Source: Brevundimonas sp.
GTDB taxonomy: Bacteria > Pseudomonadota > Alphaproteobacteria > Caulobacterales > Caulobacteraceae
Reading direction: 5' to 3'
Length of the DNA stretch: 64,000 bases
Assembly: GCF_035998205.1 (NCBI RefSeq)
Contig: NZ_DASYHT010000003.1
Coordinates: 110,921-174,920, forward strand
The notes under the pieces are model-generated. The model was not told the DNA's origin and made no database searches. It saw nothing but the letters and a program-made list of their open reading frames with translations. Shown one piece after another: positions 17,595 to 26,863 of the stretch. The position numbers and the translations under genes were made by a program. How positions within the stretch are numbered: position 1 is the stretch's first letter; every line of letters begins with the position of its first letter.

Positions 17595-17785
17595 GACGCA
17601 CTCCGGAGGTCTGGTTCGGGCGGCAAGCTCGCCGTGCGCCTGCGTCAGGTCAAGCGACGCAACATTCGACCCCGTCGGGACGGCCTGCCGTGAGGATCGG
17701 CGGAGGGCCGGGCGTCGACGGGACCCGCAATCCGGCCGGGACGCAAAGTTCAACCCGTCGCCCGATTCTCGCGGTATCAGGGGGC

Positions 17786-20089
17786 ATGTCCCGCCCGCCC
17801 CGCCGTCCCGCCGCCGGTCTGCCCGACCGGGAGACCCTGATCCGCTACCTCGCGGAGGCGGGGGAACAGGGCAAGGCGGACATCGCCCGCGCCTTCGGCC
17901 TGAAGGGCGTCGAGCGCCGCATGCTGCGCGAGATGCTCGCCGAGCTCGAGAGCGAGGGCCAGCTGGGCCGGCGCGGCCGCCGCGGCTTCGTCAAGGCCGG
18001 CGACCTGCCGCCGGTGGGCGTGGCCGACGTGGTCGATCGCGACGCCGACGGCGAGCTCTACGTCCAGCTGGCGAAGGGCGGCGAGGATGCGCCGAAGGCG
18101 GTGCTCGTGCCCGACCGCAAGGCCGACCGCGGCCCCGCTCCCGGCATCGGCGACCGGCTGCTGGTCAAGTTCACCCGGGCGGGCGAGGACTGGGAGGCGC
18201 GGCTGATCAAGCGTCTGGACAGCGGCGGCCCCGGCCGCGTGCTGGGCGTGGTGCGTAAGGCCGCCCGCGAAACCCGCATCGAACCGGTCGATCGCCGGTC
18301 AAAGGACGTCCTGATCATTCCGCAGGCCTTCGCCGAGACCTTGCGCGACGGCGATCTGGTGCTGGCGACCCCGGAGCGGGGCGAGCACCGCTATGGCCCG
18401 CAGCGCGGCAAGGTGCTGGAGACCATCGGGCGCGAGGACGACCCCCGCGCCGCCTCCCTCATCGCCATCCACACCCACGGCGTGCCGACCGGCTTCTCGG
18501 AGACCGTCGAGCGGGAGGCCGAGGACCAGGCCCTGCCGACCCTGAAGGGACGCGAGGACCTGCGGCAGGTGCCCTTCATCACCATCGACCCGGCCGACGC
18601 GCGCGACCACGACGACGCGGTCTACGCCGAGCGCGACGAGAGCGCCGACAACGCGGGGGGCTGGATCGTCTGGGTCGCCATCGCCGACGTCGCCGCCTAC
18701 GTCCGCCCCGGCACGGCGCTGGACCGCGAGGCGCGGGCCAAGGGCAACTCGACCTACTTCCCCGACCGGGTCGAGCCGATGCTGCCCGAGGTGCTGTCCA
18801 ACGGCCTGTGCAGCCTCAAGGCTGGCGAGAGCCGCGCCTGTCTGGCGGTGCGGATGGTGTTCAGCAAGGACGGCCGCAAGCTGTCGCACCGCTTCGTGCG
18901 CGGCCTCATGCGCAGCCACGCCAAGCTGGCCTACGAGCAGGCCCAGGCCGCCATCGACGGCCAGCCGGACGACGTCACCGGTCCGATCATGGACCGCATC
19001 CTGTACCCGCTGTGGAACGCCTACGCCGCCATGCTCAAGGGCCGCGAGCGCCGCGCCCCTCTGGCCATCGAGAGCATGGAGCGGCGGGTGCGCATGGACC
19101 CGGAAGGCGGCATCGCCTCCATCGAGCCGCGCGTCAGCCTCGAGGCCCACCGGCTGATCGAGGAGATGATGATCCAGGCCAATGTGGCCGCCGCCGAGAC
19201 GCTGGAGCAGACGCGCACGCCGCTGATCTACCGGGTCCACGAGGCGCCCAGCCAGGAGAAGATCTTCAACCTCGCGGACTTCCTGCAGACCCTTGGCAAG
19301 CCTTGGACCAAGGGCGAGCCGGCGACGACGAAGCGCTTCAACCGGCTGCTCGAGGAGATGCGCGAAACGCCCCACGCCGAGGTGGTCAACGAGGTGGTGC
19401 TGCGCAGCCAGATGCAGGCCATCTACAGCCCCGAGAACGTCGGCCACTTCGGCCTGAACCTCGACCGCTACGCCCACTTCACCTCGCCGATCCGGCGCTA
19501 CTCCGACCTGATCGTGCACCGCGGCCTGATACGGGCGCTGAAGCTCGGCTCGGACGGCCTGACCGACCGCGAGATCGCCGAGTTGCCGGCCATCGCCGAG
19601 AAGGTGACCGAGACCGAGCGCCGCTCCATGGCCGCCGAGCGCGACGCCATGGACCGCTACATGGCCGCCTTCCTGTCCGACCGCGTCGGCGGGGTCTTCC
19701 CGGGACGGATCACCGGCGTGACCCGCTTCGGCCTGTTCATCCGCCTGACCGAGACCGGCGCCGACGGCCTCGTGCCTGTGTCGAGTCTCGGCGACGAGTA
19801 CTTCACCCACGACGACCGCGCCCACGCCCTGGTCGGCGAGCGCACCGGTCGCCGCTGGCCGCTGGGCAAGGCGGTGGAGGTGCGGCTGCGGGAGGCCACT
19901 CCGGTCACCGGCGGCCTGCTGTTCGAGATGCTGTCCGAGCCGGATCCGCGCGACCCCAACGCCCCGGGCCCGCGCCTCGGCATGCGCGGCCGCGGCGCCG
20001 GCCGTCCCGGCGGCCCCAAGCCGTCCTCGCGCAAGGGCGGCAAGCCGCTGGGCGGGCTGAAAGGCGTTCGCAAGGGCAAGCGGCGCTGA
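17786..20089 (+). CDS. rnr: Ribonuclease R
   Basis: ATG 17786. Winged-helix N-terminus, RNB domain (ITIDPADARDHDDAVYAE), S1 domain (FPGRITGVTRFGLFIRL) and a basic C-terminal tail. Confidence 0.9.
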   Translation: MSRPPRRPAAGLPDRETLIRYLAEAGEQGKADIARAFGLKGVERRMLREMLAELESEGQLGRRGRRGFVKAGDLPPVGVADVVDRDADGELYVQLAKGGEDAPKAVLVPDRKADRGPAPGIGDRLLVKFTRAGEDWEARLIKRLDSGGPGRVLGVVRKAARETRIEPVDRRSKDVLIIPQAFAETLRDGDLVLATPERGEHRYGPQRGKVLETIGREDDPRAASLIAIHTHGVPTGFSETVEREAEDQALPTLKGREDLRQVPFITIDPADARDHDDAVYAERDESADNAGGWIVWVAIADVAAYVRPGTALDREARAKGNSTYFPDRVEPMLPEVLSNGLCSLKAGESRACLAVRMVFSKDGRKLSHRFVRGLMRSHAKLAYEQAQAAIDGQPDDVTGPIMDRILYPLWNAYAAMLKGRERRAPLAIESMERRVRMDPEGGIASIEPRVSLEAHRLIEEMMIQANVAAAETLEQTRTPLIYRVHEAPSQEKIFNLADFLQTLGKPWTKGEPATTKRFNRLLEEMRETPHAEVVNEVVLRSQMQAIYSPENVGHFGLNLDRYAHFTSPIRRYSDLIVHRGLIRALKLGSDGLTDREIAELPAIAEKVTETERRSMAAERDAMDRYMAAFLSDRVGGVFPGRITGVTRFGLFIRLTETGADGLVPVSSLGDEYFTHDDRAHALVGERTGRRWPLGKAVEVRLREATPVTGGLLFEMLSEPDPRDPNAPGPRLGMRGRGAGRPGGPKPSSRKGGKPLGGLKGVRKGKRR

Positions 20090-20187
20090 CCTGCGACAAA
20101 CGGCGCAGGACAGGCGCGACGGTCCGCCGTGCTTTCGCCGCCCTGAATGGCCAAGCTCGGGCGAAATCTGATCAAGGAGCGACCCCG

Positions 20188-20634
20188 ATGCGACGCCTGC
20201 CCCTGTTCGCCGCCTGCGCCCTCGCCGCGACGACCCTGGCCGCCTGCGGCGAGGTCGACCTGGCCAAGGCCGGCCAGAACGCCGCCCTCGCCGCCCTCGA
20301 AGCGAGCAATCCCGAGATCGTCCAGGGCATCCGCGCGGCCCAGACCCTCAAGCAGGCGGCCCTGACCTGCGGCTGGCAGGACGTGGACGCCACCCGCCTG
20401 GCCCAGGCCGCGGTCAGCGGCATCGAGGAGGCGCCGGTCCGCGCCGCCGCCTCCAGCCTCGTCGAGGACCTGCTGGTGGCCAATGCGCCCGCCACCGGGG
20501 CAGCCCCTGCCGCGGCCGCCGCCAGCGACTGCTCGCCCGAGGCGCGCGCGGCGCTGGAAAGCCAGATCGCCGCCATCGCCGGCGGTGAGGCCGGTGAAGC
20601 CGGCGAGGCCGAAGGCGAGGCGGAGGGCGGTTGA
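20188..20634 (+). CDS. Putative lipoprotein (hypothetical, Ala-rich, acidic GEA-repeat tail)
   Basis: AAGGAG RBS. MRRLPLFAACALAATTLAAC lipobox. 148 aa. Confidence 0.65.
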   Translation: MRRLPLFAACALAATTLAACGEVDLAKAGQNAALAALEASNPEIVQGIRAAQTLKQAALTCGWQDVDATRLAQAAVSGIEEAPVRAAASSLVEDLLVANAPATGAAPAAAAASDCSPEARAALESQIAAIAGGEAGEAGEAEGEAEGG

Positions 20635-20674
20635 ACCCCCGCGTCCGTTCTGACGCCCGCCTGACATTGGAAAG

Positions 20675-20700
20675 GCCCGGTCGCTCGCGCGGCCGGGCCC
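20675..20700. terminator. Hairpin between convergent genes (possible bidirectional terminator)
   Basis: GGCCCGGTCGC-TCGC-GCGGCCGGGCC (one mismatch) with T-rich flanks on both strands. Confidence 0.5.
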
Positions 20701-20706
20701 TTCTTG

Positions 20707-23547
20707 TCAGAGCCCGAGCGTCGGGCTGTTCAGGTCCAGCCGGTCGGCGGGGATCACCTCCACCTGCGGGTGGGCGGCGCGCAGGGCGTCGATGAACTGC
20801 GACGCGTCGCCGACCACCACCACCCAGGCCTGTTCCGGCGGCAGGACAGACGCCGCCGCCCCCTGCAGACCGTCCGCCGTCGTGGCGCGGATGCGCTGCG
20901 GATAGGCTTCCACCTCCGACAGCGGCAGGCCCAGCTGGACGGTGTTGGCGAGGAAGCCCCCGAGGCCGGCGGTGGTCTCCAGGTTGCGCGAGAAGCCGCC
21001 GGTCAGGAAGGTCTCGCGCGCCTCGACGGCCGCCTCGGTGACGGGCTCGTCGATCACCCGGCGGAACTGGGCCAGCACGATGTCGACCACCTCGGCGGCG
21101 CTCTCGTGCTTGGTCTGGGTGCTGGCGGTCAGCAGGGCCCGCTCGCGCCGCTGGGCGAGGCTGGCGGAGGCGCCGTAGCTGAGGCCGCGCTTGGCCCGCA
21201 CCTCCTGGAACAGATAGCCGTTCTGCCCCGCGCCCAGCACGGCCGTCGCCACCGACAGCGGATACCAGCTCGGGTCAGACCGGGCCGGCGCGGCGACGGC
21301 GGCCGTCACCGCCGACTGGCCGGCCCCGGGCATGTCGACGACGAGGATGCGGGGCGGCAGGGGCGCGCCGGCGCGGCCGGTCACCTCCGGGCGCGCGGCC
21401 GCCGGCGTCCGCCAGTCGCCCAGCGCCTGTTCGGCGAAGGCGAAGGCCTGGTCCGGCGTCATGCCGCCGGTGACCACCAGGGTGGCGTTGTCCGGCCGCC
21501 ACCAGCGGGCGTGATACGCGACCACGTCGTCAGCAGTGATGGCCGACACACTCTCCGGCGTGCCGCCGCCCGGACGCCCGTAGGGCGCGTCGCCATAGGC
21601 GATGCGGTTCAGGACGGCCGAGGCCACCGGCCCCGGCTGGCGGTAATCGACGCGCAGGGCGTTGACCGTCCGGGTGCGGCTGCGGGCCAGTTCGGCCTCG
21701 GCGAAGGCGGGAGCCGTGACCACGTCGCCGAACACGTCCGCGACGACATCCGCAGAGACCAGCGGCATCGCCGCCGACAGCACGGTCCCGTCCGCCCCGG
21801 CGCCGCCGCCGATCTGGGCGCCGGCCGCTTCGAGGGTGCGGGCGATATCGAGCGCGCTCCGGCCCCCGGCCCCCTGGGTGGCGAGGTTGGCGGTGAACTC
21901 GGCCAGACCGGCGCGGTCCGCCGGGTCCGCCGAGGCGCCGCCGCCGATTACCAGCTGGACGCTGGCGATGGGCAGGTCGGTCGAGGTGGCGGCGATGACG
22001 CGCAGGCCGTTCGGCAAGGTGCGCTCGGCGATGGCCGGGGCCGCCATGACCCGCGGCGCGCCGGGCGCAGGCGCCGGATCGCGCTCGCCCTCGGGACGCA
22101 GGTCGTTGGGCTGAAGGATCGCGGCCGGCAGGGTCAGGAAGGTCGGCATCGGCGCCGGATTGCGCCAGCTGTCCTCCGGCGTGCCTTCCGGCCGCTGACG
22201 CTCGTCGAGATAGCGGATCGACACCCGCGCGCGATCGTCGAGATACTGGCGGGCCACCCGCTGCACGTCGGCCGCCGTGACCGCCTGCACCGCGGCCAGG
22301 GCGTCATCAGCCGCCCGGGGGTTGCCTTCGGATACCAGCCCCTGCCCGACCATGAAGGCGCGTCCCGACGCCGTCTCCCGCTGTCGCAGGTTGGCGGAGA
22401 CGATCTCGATCTTCGCCTCGGCCAGCTCCGCCTCGGTGACGAGGGTGTCGCGAATCCGGGCCAGCTCCGCGTCGAGGGCTGCCTCGGCCGCATCCGGATC
22501 CTGCCCCTGGGCCACGATCACCGTGGCGGTCAGGGTCCCGGCTTCCTCGTTGGAGCCGACGCCAAGACTGGCGGAGGCGGCGAGCTGCCGGTCATAGACC
22601 AGCGCCTGGTACAGCCGGCTGCTCTGGCCGCGCGACAGGATCGCCTGCATGACGTCCAGCGCGGCGTTGTCAGGATGGCCGGCGGCTACCCCTGGCCAGA
22701 TCGCCGCCACCGCCGGCAGCGGCACGTTCGGCGCATAGGCGACGACCCGGCGCGGCTCGGTGCGCGGCGTGGCCGCCGGCCGTTCGAACTGCGGCACCGG
22801 CCGGCCCGGGTTGCGGATATCGCCGAAGTAGTGGTCGACCCAGCGGTCCAGCTGGGCCGGATCGAAGGCGCCCGACACGATCAGGGTGGCGGTGGCCGGC
22901 CGATAGTAGGCCTCGTGGAACGCGCGGGCGTCTTCAATCCGGGCCGAGTCCAGCTCCTCGATCGAGCCGATCACCGAGCGGCGGTAGACCGACTCATCAA
23001 AGGCGTTGTCGCCGATGACGAAGCGCTGCAGGCGACCATAGGGCGGCGCATAGACCCGCTGGCGCAGCTCTTCCTTGACGATGTCGCGCTCGGCGTTGAA
23101 CACCGCCTCGTCGACGACCGGCCGGGCCATGCGCTCGGCGTGGGTCCACAGCATCGTCTCCAGGTACTGGGGCGGCACCGTCTCGTAGTAGTTGGTGAAG
23201 TCCTGCCCTGTGGAGGCGTTGCGCGTCCCGCCGGCGTCCTCGACCATGGTCGAGATGCCGCCGTAGGGGATGTTGACCGTCTTGCGGCTGAGGATGTGCT
23301 CGAACAGGTGGGCGAAGCCCGAACGGCCCTCCGGGTCATCCTTGCCGCCGACGTCGTACCAGAGCTGCACCGTCACCGTGCCCGCTGCCGGGTCCGGCAT
23401 GGCGTAGACGTCCAGGCCATTGGCCAGCTCCCGGTGGCTGAACTGCAGCGGCGGCGGCGTGATCTCCTGGCCGGCGGCAGGCGCAGTCAGCCCCCCCGCC
23501 CAGAGCAGCGCCGCCACACCCGCCGTCGCCAGAACCTTGCGTCCCAT
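20707..23547 (-). CDS. M16 family (pitrilysin/insulinase-like) zinc peptidase, tandem double module, secreted
   Basis: 946 aa, signal peptide, and the HxxEH zinc motif in FAHLFEHILSRK. A second inactive-type M16 module lies in the C-terminal half. Confidence 0.9.
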   Translation of the reverse strand: MGRKVLATAGVAALLWAGGLTAPAAGQEITPPPLQFSHRELANGLDVYAMPDPAAGTVTVQLWYDVGGKDDPEGRSGFAHLFEHILSRKTVNIPYGGISTMVEDAGGTRNASTGQDFTNYYETVPPQYLETMLWTHAERMARPVVDEAVFNAERDIVKEELRQRVYAPPYGRLQRFVIGDNAFDESVYRRSVIGSIEELDSARIEDARAFHEAYYRPATATLIVSGAFDPAQLDRWVDHYFGDIRNPGRPVPQFERPAATPRTEPRRVVAYAPNVPLPAVAAIWPGVAAGHPDNAALDVMQAILSRGQSSRLYQALVYDRQLAASASLGVGSNEEAGTLTATVIVAQGQDPDAAEAALDAELARIRDTLVTEAELAEAKIEIVSANLRQRETASGRAFMVGQGLVSEGNPRAADDALAAVQAVTAADVQRVARQYLDDRARVSIRYLDERQRPEGTPEDSWRNPAPMPTFLTLPAAILQPNDLRPEGERDPAPAPGAPRVMAAPAIAERTLPNGLRVIAATSTDLPIASVQLVIGGGASADPADRAGLAEFTANLATQGAGGRSALDIARTLEAAGAQIGGGAGADGTVLSAAMPLVSADVVADVFGDVVTAPAFAEAELARSRTRTVNALRVDYRQPGPVASAVLNRIAYGDAPYGRPGGGTPESVSAITADDVVAYHARWWRPDNATLVVTGGMTPDQAFAFAEQALGDWRTPAAARPEVTGRAGAPLPPRILVVDMPGAGQSAVTAAVAAPARSDPSWYPLSVATAVLGAGQNGYLFQEVRAKRGLSYGASASLAQRRERALLTASTQTKHESAAEVVDIVLAQFRRVIDEPVTEAAVEARETFLTGGFSRNLETTAGLGGFLANTVQLGLPLSEVEAYPQRIRATTADGLQGAAASVLPPEQAWVVVVGDASQFIDALRAAHPQVEVIPADRLDLNSPTLGL

Positions 23548-23717
23548 CCCGAACTCCCCCGGATTACTGAGGCGAGCACCTTGGCGAGCCCCGTCGCCCG
23601 GGAAAAGTTACGAGCCCGTAATGTGACCGCTATCGTGCATTTCGCGCTCCGGTTGGAGGACGACTTCGCCTTGCCATTCCAATGGTTCCCGGGTTTAAGC
23701 CGGGGATCGGAGGACTT

Positions 23718-24113
23718 ATGGCGGCATCTGAAGAAGACATCGACGCGCTGGTGGGCCGGCGGGTGCGGGAGCTGAGGCTTCAACTCGGCCTGACCCAGAC
23801 CCAGCTCGCGGACGCTATCGGCGTCACCTTCCAGCAGGTGCAGAAGTACGAGCGCGGCTCGAACCGGATTTCGGCCTCCAAGCTCTGGCTGATCGCTGAC
23901 AGGCTCGGCGTTTCGCCTGCCAGCCTGCTGACCGGCCTGCCCTCGCCGTCCGGTGATGGCGTCAGCGACGGCCCCGAAGGCGAGGATGACGAACAGGCTC
24001 GCCTCCTGAACGCCTTCGGGCGGATCGCCGATCCCCGCCGCCGGCAGACCCTGATCGACGTGGCCGAGGGCCTGGGCGCTGCGCCGCTGCGCCGTCGTGC
24101 CGACCCGGCCTGA
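23718..24113 (+). CDS. XRE-family helix-turn-helix transcriptional regulator
   Basis: GGAGGA RBS 5 nt before ATG 23718. LGLTQTQLADAIGVTFQQVQKYERGSNRISASKL is a classic Cro/C1 HTH. Confidence 0.85.
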   Translation: MAASEEDIDALVGRRVRELRLQLGLTQTQLADAIGVTFQQVQKYERGSNRISASKLWLIADRLGVSPASLLTGLPSPSGDGVSDGPEGEDDEQARLLNAFGRIADPRRRQTLIDVAEGLGAAPLRRRADPA

Positions 24114-24768
24114 CCTCACCCGTCTGACCCCGCGCGAGCGGGAGTGCCTCGACGCCGTCGCCCGGCTCGAGCGGTCCAAGGAGATCGCCCGTCGCCTCGG
24201 CATCGGCCCGCGAGCGGTCGACAAGCATATCGAGAACGCCCTGCGAAAGCTGGGCCTGTCGTCCCGGCTGGAGGCCGCGCGCCTGATCCGCGAAGACCTT
24301 CGTAGGGATTACGAAGGGGAGCCGCTCCCCGTCGCAGCGACGGTCCTCGCCGCGTCATCGTCCCCGCAACACGGAGACGATCATGCCCACCCCCTTCGAC
24401 CCCCTCCCCCCGGCGACCTGGGACGACCTCGAGACCATCTTCGACGCCCTGGCGGAGACGTCCGAACAGCGCCAGGCCGTAGCCCATCTGCTGGAAGTCA
24501 CCCGGGCGATGAGCCCCTATCTCTCGCGGCTCGATCTGCTGCGCGAAATCATCTGCATCGCGCTCGTGCTGCTGCCCGAGAACGATCGACCGCCGAGCGA
24601 CTGGCCCTGGCTGCGGGGGACACGCCCCCGCGCTCCGGCCTTGATCAGCTGATCCGCGGACTCGCGCTGGCCTGTCTGATCGGCTTGCTGCTGGCCGGCG
24701 GCCTCGCCGCGGCGCTGCAGGTCGGACAGGTCGTGCAGACGATCGACGAGCGCCTGCGCGCCCGCTGA
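24097..24768 (+). CDS. LuxR-type HTH protein. Only the first ~75 codons look like genuine coding sequence in this frame; the ORF stays open to 24768.
   Basis: TPRERECLDAVARLERSKEIARRLGIGPRAVDKHIENALRKLGLSSRLEAARLI is a GerE/LuxR HTH. The middle of the ORF is R/P-rich with poor GC3. The last ~40 codons (LIRGLALACLIGLLLAGGLAAAL...) again look coding. Confidence 0.45.
   Translation: MPTRPDLTRLTPRERECLDAVARLERSKEIARRLGIGPRAVDKHIENALRKLGLSSRLEAARLIREDLRRDYEGEPLPVAATVLAASSSPQHGDDHAHPLRPPPPGDLGRPRDHLRRPGGDVRTAPGRSPSAGSHPGDEPLSLAARSAARNHLHRARAAARERSTAERLALAAGDTPPRSGLDQLIRGLALACLIGLLLAGGLAAALQVGQVVQTIDERLRAR
24383..24652 (+). CDS. Hypothetical acidic protein encoded in the +1 frame inside the LuxR-type ORF
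   Basis: GGAGA RBS 5 nt before ATG 24383. By hand count, about 85-90 percent G/C at third positions here versus about half in the 24097 frame. Plausible sequence MPTPFDPLPPATWDDLETIFDALAETSEQRQAVAHLLEV... Confidence 0.55.
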   Translation: MPTPFDPLPPATWDDLETIFDALAETSEQRQAVAHLLEVTRAMSPYLSRLDLLREIICIALVLLPENDRPPSDWPWLRGTRPRAPALIS

Positions 24769-24823
24769 CCCCTTCACCTGTAGCGTTCCCAAGAGCTCCG
24801 CCTGCGGGCGGAAAGGAGCCCCC

Positions 24824-25177
24824 ATGCGCCGCAAGGACATCGCCCAGACCGTCGCCTCTCACCTCTTCCGCACCGAGGCCGCGCTTGATGCGGCCCTTGA
24901 GGAAGCCGCCCTGATGATCGCCCGCATCAGCCAGCTGCGCCGTGAGCACGGCTACTCGGCCGTACTGGGCCATGACGCCGTCGCCGCCATCAGCCGCAGT
25001 GTCGAGGCGCTCGGACAGGCGCGCAGTCACGCCATGGCGGCGCACGCCTCGCTGGCTCAGGAGGCCGCCAGTCTCGGCGTCAGTCCAACCCACCTCCAGG
25101 GCAACGGAACGAACAAGCCGCCGGAAACGAGGCCGACGGCGCCGACCGGACAGGATCTGTTGACGCTGGTCGCCTGA
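24824..25177 (+). CDS. Hypothetical all-helical protein
   Basis: 117 aa, GGAG RBS, good codon bias. No recognisable domain. Confidence 0.6.
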   Translation: MRRKDIAQTVASHLFRTEAALDAALEEAALMIARISQLRREHGYSAVLGHDAVAAISRSVEALGQARSHAMAAHASLAQEAASLGVSPTHLQGNGTNKPPETRPTAPTGQDLLTLVA

Positions 25178-25215
25178 ACAGCGATCACCCTACGGCAACC
25201 GCAGGTGGAGGCCGG

Positions 25216-25650
25216 ATGTTCAATTCGCTGATCCAGAACGTCGGGCACATCCTGACGGTGATTGTGACGATCCTGATCTTCATGCGACCGGCGCCGGGGG
25301 CCCGCGCGGTCGCCGTGGCCAACATCGTGGCCTATCTGGCGACGCCGCTGGTGCAGAACAGGGTCGACTACGAAAGCCCCCAGTGGGCCATTCTGGCGGT
25401 CGATGTGACCCTGCTCGCCTTCATCACCTGGGTCCTGATGCGAGAACGCGACCTATGGCTCCAGATAACCTGGGGCGCCATGGCCCTGACTACGTTGCTG
25501 CACATCGCCAAGGCGCTGGACCCGACCCTGTTCGCCCGCGGCTACATAGGGTCGCTCTACGTCGTCTATTTTGCCTTCCTCGCGGGACTGGCCGCCAGCC
25601 TTCTGCCGGCGGCGCGCCGGCCGCGGCCCGCGCCTGACACCCTCCCCTGA
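25216..25650 (+). CDS. Hypothetical integral membrane protein (about 4 TM segments)
   Basis: 144 aa, GGAGG RBS, with four hydrophobic stretches. Confidence 0.65.
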   Translation: MFNSLIQNVGHILTVIVTILIFMRPAPGARAVAVANIVAYLATPLVQNRVDYESPQWAILAVDVTLLAFITWVLMRERDLWLQITWGAMALTTLLHIAKALDPTLFARGYIGSLYVVYFAFLAGLAASLLPAARRPRPAPDTLP

Positions 25651-25657
25651 GGCGGGT

Positions 25658-26863
25658 TTACCCCGGCTCGCGCACCCGTCCCATCAGCACGCCGGCGACC
25701 ACCGCCAGGGCGGCCAGCACCAGCATCAGCCCGCGGTAGCCGCCGCCCGAAATCAGGACGAAGGCGAGGGCCGGCCCCGCAATCGACGGCAGGGTGTTGG
25801 TCAGGTTGAGGATGCCGAGGTCCCGACCGCGATGCTGCGGCGACGGCAGAAGCTGCATCACGTAGGTCTGCTGCAGCGCCAGGAAGACGGCCTGGGCGAT
25901 GGCGAACAGCACATAGGCCGCGGCCGCCAGCGGCCAGACCGGCAAGAGGGCCAGCATCACGAGGGCCGTCGCCACCGCGAGGGTCAGCGCCTGCAGGATT
26001 GCGCGCCGGGCGGAGAGTCGATCGCTCAGCTGCCCGAGGAGGATGGAGACCGGCGCCGTCAGCAGGGCCGCCACGCCCATCAAAAGGGCCAGCCGACCGG
26101 CCGCTCCATCCGCTGTGAGCGCCTGCCCCTGCACCCGGACGGTCTCGAAATAGTAGAGGGCGAAGGCGAACATCACGCCGCCGGCCAGCTGGACCAGCAG
26201 TCGGGCGAACCAGACGGCGGCGAGATTGCGCCGCCCGTGCGGCCGGGGCTCCGGCTCCGTGGCGGCGGATCCCTGAGGGGCAGGCCGGAGGGCGAGAAAG
26301 GGCAGGATCGCGACCGCGGCGAGAATGAACGCCGCCGCGAGACGGCCGAGACTGTCAGGAACCGCCATGACGGCCACGCCGGAGAAGGCCCCGAGCGGAT
26401 AGGCGGCGCCCATCAGCCCGCCGAGCGCACCCTTCTGCGCGTCGGGCACCTCATCGGCGGCGAGGGCCGCGAGCGGAGCGAGCAACAGGTTCAGGCCGAT
26501 CTGGAAAGCCACGATGGCGATGAGCACGCCGGCCAGTCCCTCGCTCATCGCGACCGCCGCATAGCCCAGGGCCGTCGCGGCAAGACCGGCGGCGATCCAC
26601 GGCCGCCGCCCCCATCGCCGCGACCGCCAACGGTCGCTCAGATCGCCGGCGACGACATTGGCGATGCTGGCGGTCAGCGCGCCCGCCATGGTGACGAGAC
26701 TGAGTGTGGCCACCTTGTCGCCCGGGGACAGGCCCAGTTTTAGGGGCAGGAGCAAGGTCAGCAGAGGGGTGTAGGCGATCACCCCGCCGCCCCAGGCGAG
26801 GGCGAACAGGACGAGCCATAGCCCTGACCGACGACCCGCCGTCTGCGCGCCTCCGGCGCTCAC
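25658..26863 (-). CDS. MFS / glycoside-pentoside-hexuronide-type sugar transporter
   Basis: 401 aa, 12-TM pattern, GPH-like loop motif DLSDRWRSRRWGRRPW. The GTG start overlaps the LacI stop (GTGA). Confidence 0.85.
   Translation of the reverse strand: MSAGGAQTAGRRSGLWLVLFALAWGGGVIAYTPLLTLLLPLKLGLSPGDKVATLSLVTMAGALTASIANVVAGDLSDRWRSRRWGRRPWIAAGLAATALGYAAVAMSEGLAGVLIAIVAFQIGLNLLLAPLAALAADEVPDAQKGALGGLMGAAYPLGAFSGVAVMAVPDSLGRLAAAFILAAVAILPFLALRPAPQGSAATEPEPRPHGRRNLAAVWFARLLVQLAGGVMFAFALYYFETVRVQGQALTADGAAGRLALLMGVAALLTAPVSILLGQLSDRLSARRAILQALTLAVATALVMLALLPVWPLAAAAYVLFAIAQAVFLALQQTYVMQLLPSPQHRGRDLGILNLTNTLPSIAGPALAFVLISGGGYRGLMLVLAALAVVAGVLMGRVREPG

Noticed and set aside
17595-17785. SAM or other riboswitch in the divergent CBS-rnr intergenic region
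   Set aside because: I could not recognise any SAM-II/SAM-V type pseudoknot consensus. This cannot be excluded without a covariance-model scan.
20704-23775. 1023-aa plus-strand ORF
   Set aside because: Exactly antisense to the M16 peptidase gene, with Arg/Gly/Ala-dominated composition and no domain signatures.
24116-25093. 325-aa minus-strand ORF across the XRE/LuxR cluster
   Set aside because: R/G/A-rich sequence antisense to four plus-strand ORFs that have RBSs and sensible sequences.
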